Shown here piece by piece: positions 36,573-48,969 of a stretch of DNA of 64,000 bases. This stretch comes from Octopus sinensis (Eukaryota), in the NCBI RefSeq assembly GCF_006345805.1, contig NC_042997.1, forward strand, positions 30,256,001-30,320,000, in the 5' to 3' direction. Positions within the stretch are counted from its first letter, which is position 1. Every line of letters starts with the position of its first letter. Made by a program: the position numbers and the translations under genes. The notes under the pieces are model-generated. The model was not told where the DNA came from. It was given only the letters and a program-made list of their open reading frames with translations, and did no database searches.

Positions 36573-37794
36573 TATTGGGTTGGCAAGAAAGTAATTTCGT
36601 TTCTCACAATTAGAGTTACGGTTTTCTTTAATGACTTCTGTCAATGTTTGATATTTTGCCTCTTGATATTTGATAGCCGTTACTTTTAGCTTATTTCAGA
36701 AGCGAATTGCGCGTAATTTTGTTCACAGCTGTTAGTTCAGTGTCGATTTTAACATGGAGTGCAAAAACGAACAATTTCGCCATATTTTGCTTTTTTATAA
36801 ATCCAGACGGCAAGAAAGCTGTTGGGGCTCACAAAGAAATATGTGAAGTTTACCGTGTTGATTGCTTAACAGAACGCACATGTCAGAAATGGTTTTTAAA
36901 ATTTCGTTCTGGAGATTTTTTCACTCAAAGATGACCAACGTTCTGGTCGACCTACTGAAGTTGATGATGACTGAATCAAAGCCATAATTGAATCTGATTG
37001 TCATATAACTGAGCGAGAGATTGCAGAGAGGTTAAAAGTATCACAAATAACAATTGAAAATCACATAAAGTGTCTTGGACTCGTTAAGAAGCTCGATATT
37101 TGGGTTCCACATAAATTGAAAAAGATTCACTTAACACAACGAATCAATATTGGCGATATGCATCTCAAACGCAATGAAATCAAGCTCTTTTGAAGCGAGT
37201 CATCACTGATAATGAAAAAGGGATTGCCTACAATAACATCAATCGAAAACGATCATAGTCCAAGCGTAATGAACCAGTACGAACAATATCGAAAGCTGAA
37301 CTGCATCAAAGAAAGGTCATACTGTCGATTTGGTGGGATTACAAATGTGTTGTGTATTTTGAGCTGCTTCCAAGGAACCAAACGATCAATTCAGGCGTTT
37401 ACTGTCAACAACAAATAAAACTGGAGGAAGCAATCAAAGAAAAAAGGACTAGAAGTGGCAAATCGTAAAGGAATCGTGTTCCACCACGACAACGCTAGAC
37501 TACACACGTCTTTGCTCGTGAAAAATTATTGGGGCTTGGTTTGGAAGTGATGTTACATCCACCATATAGCCCTGATCTTGCACCATCAGATTACCAATTA
37601 TTTCGAAAGTTGCAAAATGGTAAAACTTTCAATACTGATGATGATCTGAAATCGCACTTGCTTCAGTTTTTAGGTGATAATGACCAGAATTTCTATAAGC
37701 GCGGAATCATGAAGTTTTCTGAAAGCTGTAACTGCATAAAGTTCATTCTTTGTACGATAAAAATTACTTTTATTTCACACAGACGAACCCAATA
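36573..37794 (+). mobile_element. Near full-length mariner (D,D34D) with pseudogenised transposase
   Basis: MECKNEQFRHILLF, WVPHKL, VITDNEK, FHHDNAR, HPPYSPDLAPSDYQLF. TA at both ends. Several stops and frameshifts. Confidence 0.92.
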
Positions 37795-37936
37795 TATAGT
37801 TTGTTAGGGACTTCGAAAGTTGAAGTAGAACGGAATCCGAATCCAACACTTTTAAATAATACATGTAACTTCAAATAGATATGTTGAATCTCTTTTCTTG
37901 TGTTTGTTCACTCACTCATATATATATATATATATA

Positions 37937-38155
37937 TACGGGACGGTGCGGAAAAGTTCCTGGCTTTAAGGGTATCACGAAAGGCCTGGTTGGAAGCCCA
38001 ACATGCCGAGTACTTTTACAGGGCTTAGAAAAACTGAAGGGCCGCTGCAATAAGCGTGAGAATCAGAGGAGAGAATATGTTGAATAAAATCATAATGAAC
38101 AGATCCTCGCGTATTTTTATTTTACCCGAAACCAGAAAGTTTTCGGCACTCCGTC
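37937..38155 (+). mobile_element. Mariner-derived MITE
   Basis: Imperfect TIRs (acggtgcggaaaagttcctgg / ccagaaagttttcggcactccgt). Retains the C-terminal GLEKLKGRCNK..EYVE*. Confidence 0.65.
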
Positions 38156-38654
38156 ATGTGTATACATACATGTGTGTGTATGTGTGTCCGTGCGTGCATG
38201 TATGTGCATGTGTGCGTTTGAGTGTGAGCGCGCGTGTGTACTGATAATGCGAATGCTTGTTTACCAAGTTATGTAGTTGCGTGTTAGTACTATCATTATT
38301 TATTATCATTGTTGTTGTTGTCGTTTTTGTTGTTACTGTTGCTGATGTTGTTGTTGCCGTTGTTATTATTTCTTTCGGCATTTGTTTTATTTTATTTCTT
38401 CTAGCTATTTGTGTTTTGGCTACTTCTATTTCAAAATACGAAACTAAGCAACTAAATAACAATGACAAATCTAGATTCTTGCAATAGTGAATCTATTCAA
38501 GCAATTTAAATGAGTGCATGGAGTCATTTGCCATATTGTTTACAACAAAAATTTGCTTCATGGTGTGAGGTTATAACTTGTCGACTTGACACACCGAAAT
38601 ATGTCTTTCAGTGTGTGTATATGTATGTGAGTGTCTATGTGTGTGAGTGTGTGC

Positions 38655-38687
<33 letters not shown>

Positions 38688-38690
<3 letters not shown>

Positions 38691-38829
38691 CTTGCTTACC
38701 AACCACGTGGTTCTGGGTTCAGTCTCACTGCGTGGCACCTTAGGCAAGTGTCTTCTACTATAGCCTCGGGGCGACCAAAGCCTTGTGAGTGGATTTGGTA
38801 GAGGGAAACTGAAAGAAGTCCGTCGTATA

Positions 38830-38865
<36 letters not shown>

Positions 38866-38963
38866 TGTATGTATGTATGTATGTGTGTATATGTTTGTGT
38901 GTTTGTGTTTGTCCCCCCAACATCACTTGACAACCGATGCTGGTGTGTTTATGCCCTGTAACT
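38688..38963 (+). mobile_element. SINE family C, truncated at both ends
   Basis: agcttgcttaccaaccacgtgg..ccctgtaact, then a break. Confidence 0.85.
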
Positions 38964-38978
38964 TTAGGGTTAGGGTTA

Positions 38979-39710
38979 AATGTCCCTTTCATTCCATAGG
39001 CGAAATGCCTTGGCTGACTTTGCAAGATGGGTGACGATCTCATCATCAATGGAAGCGCTCAAATTCACTTTACTACCAAGATATGTAGATGACTTCACGT
39101 AATTTAGGCTTTTCTCATCAACCTGTATTGGAGTGTCAGGAAAATTCTGAACCGGTGGCATCTGCTTGTTTAAGAGTAGGGTAAGGTTGGTAGATTACTT
39201 CTGTCTTCTTTATGCTGATGGTCAAACCAAAGGCTTTGCATGCCGCAGAAAACCGGTCTAGAAGTTCCTGAGCTTTTTCTAAAGTGATCGCTGCTAGTGC
39301 AGCATCATCTGCAAAAATAGATCACGAATGATACTGGTGCGTAGTAGTTTCTGGCTTTGAAACGCTGATGATTGAATAGTGCACCACTTGTTCGGGACTG
39401 GGATTTGACACCACTTTGTACATCGCCAAATGCATGCCTCAGCATCACTGAAAAGAAGAGTACAAACAAAACAGAAGCTATAACATAGCCTTGCTTTGTG
39501 CCGTTTCTAACGTCAAAGGAAGCCGAAGAAACCCCACCGGACACGAGAGCAGCCTTCATTCCCACATGAAAGGAGATGATAACATTCAACATCTTGTCAG
39601 ATATACCAAGCTTTTTCAGAACTTTCCATAGTGCTTGCCGGTTAACAGTGTCGAAATCCTTAGTAAGGTCAACGAATATCAAGAACAACTCTTGAATTTT
39701 CTCACGAAAA
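38979..39710 (-). mobile_element. RTE (BovB-like) LINE RT fragment
   Basis: FVDLTKDFDTVNRQALW, GTKQGYVIASVLF, FADDAAL, FGLTISIKKTEV, YLGSKV. Confidence 0.9.
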
Positions 39711-41119
39711 TAATTACATCCTGTGATTATTTACATCTCACGTAAATAATTACATAAATGGAACTAAAAATATAGCACAAACCAAAATAATTAAACCAAG
39801 ATATGATAGGACAGAAAAATCTTTTTGTTCTCGCTCACATTCAGGTAACAAATCACTGGCTAGGTTGGATTAGAACATACCTAGTATTACTTGTATTACC
39901 GCCTCATACACCTGAAGTTCCTGTCAACATTTTTGAGTGAGTTGGTATAGATAACAGCTCACATCATCAGCATATGCTTGTTTTATTTAATTGTAATATC
40001 TTTGTATTGCTTTCATTAACAACCTCTCCTTTGCCTGTCTCGTACAATACAGTTCCAACTAGACTTGCGCGAGCTATACATCGCCGAAATCTCCCTTGCA
40101 TTACAGATAATTATCTCCATTAGATATTGGTTGATATTTGAAGAATGGTGAATCTCAGATCATCGTATTTCTTGTCATCGTATTCATCTTTACTACTATA
40201 CTTCAATGCTTCATATTTGTATTTTTATATATAGACTGACAAAAGATCATATTTATTTAAAAGTGCACCTGTATCTGTATCGTGACTGGGAGATCATTAT
40301 ATTTCTCACAAATATAATTTGACAGTAGTTATGGGAATAATGCTTTTACTAAAATACCTCATTTAAAAAACTCATATATTGAAATGTAAGCACGTGTTTT
40401 CACATACTTTGGAGGATAGAAAATAAGTTATTCTTGCGTTACTTAACGCTAAAATTTGCTAATGATACTTAAGTATTATGCTCTCTGATTTGTACAATTA
40501 ATTTTTGTAATACCTAAAATATATTAATTAATTCTTTGATACGCGCTCAAAATTTTATTGTCATTAACTACAGAGCGCCGTTTTACCCTCACGTCTTTAG
40601 AAAGACAAATGCTGCGAGAAGCAGTGTCATCCCCTAATAGCACTTTACAGAAAAGGCAATTTTTCAGATTTTCTTCATTTTTTTTTCACATATGTCATCA
40701 AATATTTCTTTACAGAGCAATTAACAAATACTTTTAGAGCTGGATATGAGAATCATACGTACAGAAAATACTGGAAAAGTATTACACAAGCAGAAAATAT
40801 CAATTCTGTTCTGTTTTTTTTTTTTTTTTCTTAGTCGAGAATGAAAATGAAATTTAATTACGCTGTCAAAGAGTCAAAATACATGAATTAACCCTCCCAA
40901 CTATAGAGCGTAAAATCTGAATATTTTAGAAAAATAAGCAAATTCTAATATAAACAATAACTCATAATCTATCCCCTATGGTATTAAGACTGCGTACTAG
41001 CCATGTCGATGATACAAGTTTTAAATATAGAATTTTAATGATTGCGTTCCAAATGTGTAATTTTTATACATAACACACACACATTCACACACATACACGC
41101 AAAAAAAATCAAAGATCCT

Positions 41120-41350
41120 TCCCGATCTATAAGCTCATATGGCCGGTTTCCCGTATTCTGTGGTGCATATATTCGTTCCGTGAATGGGACGCGGTCCCTT
41201 ACAGAATTACTCATTTTTACCTGCTGGGTGGACTGGAGCAACGAGAAATGAAGTGTTTTGCTCAAGAACACAACACATCGCGCCGTCCGGAAACCGAAAC
41301 CACACTTTTACGATCATGAGTACAACGCATTAATAACTAAGCCACGTTCC
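41120..41350 (-). mobile_element. tRNA-derived SINE family D
   Basis: Matches 47062-47312 (gaagtgttttgctcaagaacacaac..gaaaccacact). Confidence 0.75.
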
Positions 41351-41712
41351 TATACACACACACACACACACACACATACACGTATCTATACACAGGTTTT
41401 TCAGGCTAAATTTGACAATTTTTTGTTTCTTTTTTCAAATAGCTTGATATATTGAAGTGAACAACCAATGGCTTTAAAAAGTATAACGATAAAAGTTGTT
41501 GGGGGAAAACTAACTGACACGGAAGACTAGAAGCCATCTGAATATTGGAAAACAGCGCCGACAAAATGACTGCTGGTCAATGTTGTGAGAATACTGTAAA
41601 GGCTATAACACGTGACATGGACAGCTACAATGGAGACTACGAAACAGTAGCCAGCAGGATGGAACACGACAGGCGGTCTGACTGCGTCTGCACGCTCGAG
41701 TTTATCCAACAG

Positions 41713-42125
41713 TCGAGCTGGCAGAAACGTTAGCATGCCGGGCGAAATGCGTAGCCGTATTTCGTCTGTCGTTACGTTCTGAGTTCAAATTCCGCCGAGG
41801 TCGACTTTGCCTTTCATCCTTTCGGGGTCGATAAATTAAGTACCAGATACGCACTGGGGTCGATGTAATCGACTTAATCCGTTTGTCTGTCCTTGTTTGT
41901 CCTCTCTGTGTTTAGCCCCTTGTGGGTAGTAAAGAAATAGGTATTTCGTCTGTCTCTACGTTCTGAGTTCAAATTCCGCCGTGGTCGACTTTGCCTTTCA
42001 TCCTTTCGGGGTCGATAAATTAAGTACCAGTTACGCACTGAGGGTCGATGTAATCGACTTAATCCGTTTGTCTGTCCTTGTTTGTCCTCTTTATGTTTAG
42101 CCTCTTGTGGGTAGTAAAGAAATAG
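41713..42125 (+). mobile_element. SINE family B with two tandem body units
   Basis: Second ggtatttcgtctg at about 41940. Confidence 0.9.
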
Positions 42126-42126
42126 G

Positions 42127-42800
42127 AAGATCCGCGCAAGTGAATCCGAGCTTTGGCGAGAGCGATGGGTGTTGGAGTAGCTACAGTGAAACTGGCTCTG
42201 TATGAGAGCCTTCGTTCCCACTCGTACAGGGAGCATAAGGCAATATTCTGATATCCAAGAACCGATTGAAGAAGGCAAGAAAGTTCGTCTACTAGCTAGG
42301 GCATTCTGTTGAGAGCCGGGGATTATCTGGTTATTTTCAAACGCTGGTTGGAGAGGATTACTGCTGGAAGGTGTTATGAGTGATAACAAGATTCGGCTCT
42401 TTGCTACACTCTGGAAAGATTCAGTTGTTGTTGTCAGAAAATCTTTACCATCCCCTACTCCTGGCTTCCTAATTTCTCCGATTTTAATGCAACGGTTTAC
42501 CATACATGAAATGCAGTTGAGAAATACGCCAACCGCTGTACCTCCAACACCAAGACCGAGCTGGTGACAAGATCAAAGATATGTTCGAAGATTTTCCCAA
42601 GGACACAGTAAGGAATGCATGCGCAAGGTTCTGGAATCGTATTGAGGCTGTGGTGGAATCTGAAGCCATCTACTTTGAGTAAACTGTTATCTCCCAGCCA
42701 TAACCTTTTGACGGAAAAAAAAAATACTTAGATTTATTTTTGGATGGGATATTGTGCGTTCTTTTCCATTTATGCGAACTGTCAAAACCCGAAAATTCTC

Positions 42801-42812
<12 letters not shown>
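42127..42812 (+). mobile_element. Tc1/mariner-superfamily (maT-like) transposase relic
   Basis: RALARAMGVGVATVKLAL..; YANRCTSNTKTEL..IKDMFEDFPKDTVRNACARFWNRIEAVVESEAIYFE*. Confidence 0.7.
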
Positions 42813-42837
<25 letters not shown>

Positions 42838-43399
42838 TGTTTGCGTGTGTTTAGGTGTAAGAGTGTACTGTGAAAGATGGGTGGGGGAAAAGTGAGAGAA
42901 AGAGACAGGGTAAACGGGGGAGCAAAAGAAGAGTTCGATGTGCCCTGTCAGCATTTCTTAATTTCCTAGCATTAACACTCCTAGCTAACTGCTATTCCAT
43001 TACAACTTTGCCCTCTTTCTTCATTTCCAGTATTGAGTCATCCCTGTTTTAAGGAAAGGGCAGCTAAGATACAAAATGCAGAGTTTTCTTTTAATACTTT
43101 ATTCTACTTTACATCTAAATCTCCTTGTGATATTTTCGTTGGAAAATTGGAACCGTGTTATATGACAAGCATCGGCGTTGCAGTGGCGCACGTACACTTT
43201 GGTCTCTTATATGTAAGTATATATTTATCTAAATCTTGTACGACTCTATTCTTTTATTCTTTCCTTCTTTCTATCAGCCCTTCCACGCTTACTTCGTTCA
43301 TTCCACTCTTCGTTCTTTCCTTCCCCCTCTCTCACATTTCCTTGCCTTCTTTTCACGCTCATTTTTTCCTCTTCTTTTCCCTTCACTATTTCCGTCATT

Positions 43400-43780
43400 T
43401 TTACTCGCCCCTCCTTATTTCTTCTGTTGCTCTGCCTCTACCTCTCTTTCTCTCTCCCCACGTGTCTCGTGTTCGGCCAAGCCTGACCTTTCATAGTTGG
43501 TTCGGCCGTCGTCCGTGCAACATCTATATTCCTCCCTGTGTCTGTGAAATCTTGTACCCATGTCGTAAGGCTTTACTTCCACACACGCCAACTTAGTTTA
43601 ATTTGTCCTTAGTCGAAAGACACCTATTGATATGCCCTGTTATTTACATTTGTGTAACATTCTCCGATTTTTTTTTCGTCCTTGTTTTCATATACATTCG
43701 CTGCTTTCTTCCAAGGAATCTAATGCTCTTAGCTTAGATTTTCATTTTTTTCGTCCTTCGCTGCGTGTTTGTTCGTATTG
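43400..43780 (+). mobile_element. Penelope-like relic related (inverted) to 51830-52260
   Basis: tttcttccaaggaatctaatgctcttagcttagattt matches the reverse complement of 51845-51890. Confidence 0.5.
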
Positions 43781-43829
43781 GAGATAATTGTTAACTACTT
43801 GTGATTCGTAATGGGTACCAGGGACTGAG

Positions 43830-44146
43830 TAAGTCCTCTAATTAGATGAACCGCAGTAAACTGATTTATTTTCTGCATCATGATACTAGACATGAGTTGA
43901 GTTCTATTTACTGACGAAACCATGGCAACCCTTTATGGACCTGACGGTCGGGCAAATGGTTGAGTCTATTTTGGAGATAAGCATAATTAACATTTACGAC
44001 GTCATCAACAGAGCGGAGGAATCATGTTGTGGGATGGTATCATTGGGGACAGACTTGCTGGCCAATCAGGGTGTCTGAAGGGGGTTAAGGTGACCGCAGC
44101 TGCCTACTGCAATCTCCTGAAGGTCTCAGAACCCTGGCTACATGAC
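43830..44146 (+). mobile_element. Tc1-like transposase relic
   Basis: VLFTDETMATLYGPDG..RRHQQSGGIMLWDGIIG..GVKVTAAAYCNLL. Confidence 0.75.
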
Positions 44147-45470
44147 GTGGTGGTGGCGGTGGTGGAGGCGGCGGCGGTGGTAGTGGTGGTGGTGATGGTA
44201 GTAGTAGTAGTAGTGGCGGTGGTGGTGGTAGTAGTACTAGTAGTAGTAGTAATAGTTGCTGTTGTTGTTGTTGTTATTGCTTGATTTGTAAACAAACAAA
44301 CAGGATATCATATAGCCTATTATTTTCTGAGTTTGCAGTCTAAAGATGAAAAAAATGAATCAGGAGGGTGGGGAACCACATACACAAAACGCAAAAGTAA
44401 AGCAACAGTAACAACAACACTAGTTACAGCAAAATAGCAACAACGATTCCATCTTAAGTAGTCTTGTGTGGTATTATACAAACAATTCTTCATGCACGGT
44501 AAAGTGTTTAAAATTTACCATGCATGAGGAGAAAAAGACAAAAACAAAATTGTGTAACGGATTGAAACAAACCATATGAACAAACATGGTAATAGATTCA
44601 CAAATAAGGATATTTTTCAAAAGTGCAGACTTACTTGGCATTCAGTATTTTTTTAAAATATATATATATATATATAATTGTTATTTTCGTATATTTTCAG
44701 AATTGGAACGATACGTAAAACTACCTGATTTAGCAGACAACATCTGAGTGATTTTTGTAGCCACCTACTGCTACGTGTCTGGTTACTGAGGGTTTGTCAA
44801 GTACGAAATGTCGAGCTGGTAGAACAGTTGTCTCTCGGCTCAGCTATTAATGTTAAGTCGTATCATGGTGTGACAACCTTTTACATTTTTCAACCGAAAT
44901 GGCAGCAATAAGAGCAGAATTGTTCAGTATATGCATTTTACAACATAATTTATATTAGTTGGAATGTTAGAATAGTTTAAATTACAAAAAGAAAGAAAAG
45001 AAACTGCACTTAAATGCCTATTATTTTTCACTATTTCCATTTTCCCTCCTCTGTTTTGCTCTCCCATTTTCATTCTTGTTTTCTTTATCCCCTATCCTTC
45101 CTTGACCCCGTACCTGTTTTTTTTTCTTTTCTTTTTCTTAACTTCTCACAATGTTTTTATTTCCCTTCACCATCACTTCTTTACGTTATACATCATTCAC
45201 ACCAGTTTTCTTTCCCACTTCTCCTCAAGAAATAATATATGCTTTAGACCAGCGTACACACATAAATATTATGAATACATGATATACACACGTATAAATA
45301 TAATTTAAATATTAAGGAACACTGACCACATATTCAAGTAATAAAAAAAAAAGGCGAATGTAGTAAATTTTTCTATGTTTTTAGCATCAGAAATAATTAG
45401 CTTAGAATACAGGAATGTTGCAAAGCCTCAAGATGATTTTAAGAAAATTTAGCTACTATTTTTAGCAGGC

Positions 45471-45680
45471 TAAGGCGGTGAGCTGGCAGAATCCTTATCG
45501 CGCCGAGCAAAATGTTTCGCAGCATTTCGTCTGCCTTCACGTTCCAAATTCAAATTCCGCCGAAGTTGACTTTGCCTTTCATCCTACCGGGCTCGATATA
45601 AGTACCAGGTGAACACTGGATTCATTGTAATCGACTTGCCACCTCCCCTGAAATTGTTGGCCATATGCTAAAATTTGAAA
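45471..45680 (+). mobile_element. SINE family B
   Basis: aaggcggtgagctggcagaatc..gttggccatatgctaaaatttgaaa. Confidence 0.85.
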
Positions 45681-46087
45681 TCAGTATTTCTCGCAGGCTG
45701 GGTGACCACGTAAATATCTTTCGTTATAGGAGTAAACAGAAATAAAAGTCTGGATAGATTTAAGTCGTCGAAAAAAGCGAATTGCTGCCATGCACAGTTG
45801 ACAAAATGGAAAGACTTTAAAATGTTGGTGCATTCTGTTTCATTTCCGAAAAATGTTGTCTCTATTACGCTTACATCTGCATACGGCTTAAGTAAATCTA
45901 GCAACCTCAAGTTCTTCGGTCATCTATGCTCTATTTTATGGCTTACGGATAGTTAAATGTGCTTGTGCATGCATACACCCTCACACTCATTACACAGACA
46001 TACGCAGGCACTGTGATTTTTGCTACTAAGGGATCGGTTAAACTTTTGATTAATCTACTACAAGATTATTCATCTTTCTATTTCACA

Positions 46088-46123
<36 letters not shown>

Positions 46124-46179
46124 GTGTGTGTGTGTGTACATACATATATAAAATATTGTTTTTAATTTAGACACAAGGC

Positions 46180-46345
46180 CAGCTATTTAATGAGAGAGGG
46201 TCAATAGACTGTGGTACTGCACCGGAATTTTAATTCATTGGCTCTGGAGGAAATGAAAGACAAAGGCGAACCTGGCAAGATGGAACCTCAGAACTAAAAA
46301 ACAGGAACAAATACTGCAAAGAATTTTGGCCGACGTTCTAATGGT
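46180..46345 (-). mobile_element. SINE family B, old and diverged
   Basis: gaaatgaaagacaaaggcgaacctggc..gaacctcagaac. Confidence 0.55.
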
Positions 46346-47061
46346 TTTGCAAATGCGCCGCCCTACATGGAGACATAATATGATACCGCATATATATTCA
46401 AATATATTTTCGTAGATAACACCTTGGTTAAGAGAGGAATAAATTGGGTTTCTAACATTTCAAAATGGCATATTTTGTGGTGCATATATTTTTATAGGTC
46501 TGGTCTTTATGAAAGGTTGTTCCCATGGACATCGCTAGTCTTCTGCATCCACAATCAGCGAGATCACCGATGTTAATGTTTCCCTTGAACAGTTGCAATT
46601 CGACGACTGTAAAAATAAAAACCAAAGAAAAAAAAATTAGACAGAGAAGGAATTTCAGAGAATTCGCGTTTTGGGTAAGATGGACAGAAGGTGAAAACTA
46701 ATATGGAAGTTATAATATAAAAGATGTGAAGAAAAGAGACGAATCAGTCTGACGAGCTTGAACGAGCTATCCAGCCCCGATGAGCAAAGGCATTATAGTT
46801 GAAGCAAAAGATAATAAAGCAAAGACGAGACGCCACTTATATGGGCCAGATGATGAGATGATGAGATGAGTGATTTCCTACCAACCAGTCGTGTGCCCTT
46901 TCACTAGTTGCAGTCTACTATACCCCTATGTATTCCAGCAATAGTGTCCCAGATGTCAGAGCAGTAACTCATTGTGAGTCTCAGTTGAGCTGTTTAGAGA
47001 CTAGATAAATTTTTTAAAATTCACTCTTTGTGAATTAAATTTTATCATGTAAAACAAAAAA

Positions 47062-47312
47062 TAAACGTGCCCCTTTAAAGCCTAGCCAGGCTCATGGGCC
47101 CGGTTTCCCGGTTTCTATGGCGCATGTGTTCCTCAGCCGGATGGGACGCCAGTCCATCGCAGCGTTACTCATTTTTGTCAGCTGAGTGGACTGGAACAAC
47201 GTAAAATGAAGTGTTTTGCTCAAGAACACAACGCGTCGCCCGGTCCAGGAATCGAAACCACAATCTTACGATCATGGTGCTGACACCCTAGCCACGAAGC
47301 CATGCGCCTCCA
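47062..47312 (-). mobile_element. tRNA-derived SINE family D
   Basis: Minus head gtggaggcgcatggcttcgtgg..ggtttcgattcctggaccggg. Confidence 0.85.
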
Positions 47313-47728
47313 CTCATGTTATAGTAGGTAGCCTTTACTCTGTTTTTATGCTATCCCTAAAAGTATGGCAGCCAAGTCAGCTGTTGCGTCCCTGCTCTAT
47401 CATTTCAGGCGCGGTTTAGCTAAGACTACATTATCCAAAGCAACTTTCCTCGGGGTCTTCTCAATAAGGTAGGATATGAATTGGAAAAGATGTGGTTAAT
47501 ATAGCATATATCTGTAGCCCGCACAATTACATAGATTCTCCCTTTTTCTTCGTTCAAAGTTAGATATACTGATTAGTGTTAACTTAATGTATAGTAGCTT
47601 TTAGAACAGAACTCTTAGGCTCGACTCTTTACATGGTTACGTCACTTATGTATATTTTCATTCATATAATTTGTAAACAATAGCGGCGTTAGTAAGTTTA
47701 CAACTGGCAGCACTGTACTCTCCCTGGA

Positions 47729-47793
47729 GAGTGTCCCGTGGCGAGTGTCCCGTGGTGAGTGTCCCGTAGTGAGTGTCCCGTGGCGAGTGTCCC
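47729..47793. repeat. 14-bp tandem repeat (gagtgtcccgtggy), about 4.6 copies
   Basis: Directly visible. Confidence 0.9.
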
Positions 47794-48064
47794 AGGTTGA
47801 ATATATAACATAAAGTATTTTTGTTTGAAAGTATTAGTTTTGTTGCTTATCTCAACGACCTTTGCCTTGTTCACCGATATACATTGGCGAAAGATGCACA
47901 CCCACATACACGCATCACATCCAAACATACACACAGTATTGAAGACATGACAGTGATCTAGTTTTATGTTTTTAATTAAAGTATTTTAATATGATTTCCT
48001 TGAGATATGCTTGAAAATATAACGTTTCTAAACAAAACTTAAACTTTCCTAAAAAATATTCACG

Positions 48065-48235
48065 AGTGGATGTGTGGTAAGTAGCTTGCTTACCAACCAC
48101 ATGGTTCCGGGTTCAGTCCCACTGCATGGCACCTTAGGCAAGTGTCTTCTACTATAGCTTCGGGCTGACCAAAGCCTTGTGAGTGGATTTGGTAGACGGA
48201 AACTGAAGGACGCCCGTCGTATGTATGTATGTATG

Positions 48236-48270
<35 letters not shown>

Positions 48271-48271
48271 A

Positions 48272-48306
<35 letters not shown>

Positions 48307-48522
48307 GTATATGTCTGTGTGTCTGTGTTTGTCCCCCAATATCGCTTGACGACGAATGATGGTGTGTTTACGTCCCCGTCGTTGGCGGTTCGGCAGAAGA
48401 GTGCGATAGAATAAGTACTAGGCTTACAAAGAATAAGTCCTGGGGTCGATTTCTTCGACTAAAGGTGGTGCTCCAGCATGGCCGCAGTCAAATGACTGAA
48501 ACAAGTAAAAGAGTAAAAGAGT
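48065..48522 (+). mobile_element. SINE family C, full length
   Basis: Head, internal (TATG)/(TG)n tract and tail all present. Confidence 0.9.
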
Positions 48523-48699
48523 GATATTTTGTATGAAGCGTATAAAATGTTTGTCGTTCCCGCTTTATAAGGGGACCAACCTATGAGACTGATATTGGCA
48601 TTAGCACTGAAATTTGAATTTTTAACCATTAGATTTACATATCAACTCTCAGTACAGTATTATTTATACTCTTTTGTTTGCGACGTGTGTATATTAGCT

Positions 48700-48969
48700 G
48701 AGTGTTTAAGTTAGCATTGACCCGTGCTGGGAGTATTGTTTACGTTATAAATAGTCTTTTTCGTGGTGGATTTTGTAGAGTGTTGATGTGTTGCTTACTA
48801 ATATTTACCTATCTAGTTCTGTTTTGCATTGTGTGTCGCAGTGCACTGAAAGTTTTCCTTTGCTTTAAATGCATGGTGAGCTGGGAGGAGAGTCTCGTAT
48901 TTGTAATACAAATAAAACAATTGACAACGTGGAGCTTACAACTTTCGCATTTAGAAACAAATTCATCAA
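48700..48969 (-). mobile_element. Penelope-like GIY-YIG endonuclease relic
   Basis: CESC..ICITNTRLSSQLTMHLKQ..RH..RLFIT*..LNTQ fits the CxxC-YIGxT-R-H-E-N spacing loosely. Confidence 0.5.

Noticed and set aside
41874-42503. 209-aa minus-strand ORF
   Set aside because: Antisense read-through across a Tc1/mariner relic and SINE B units.
43033-43596. 187-aa F/L/S-rich ORF
   Set aside because: Low-complexity pyrimidine tract plus a Penelope-like repeat.
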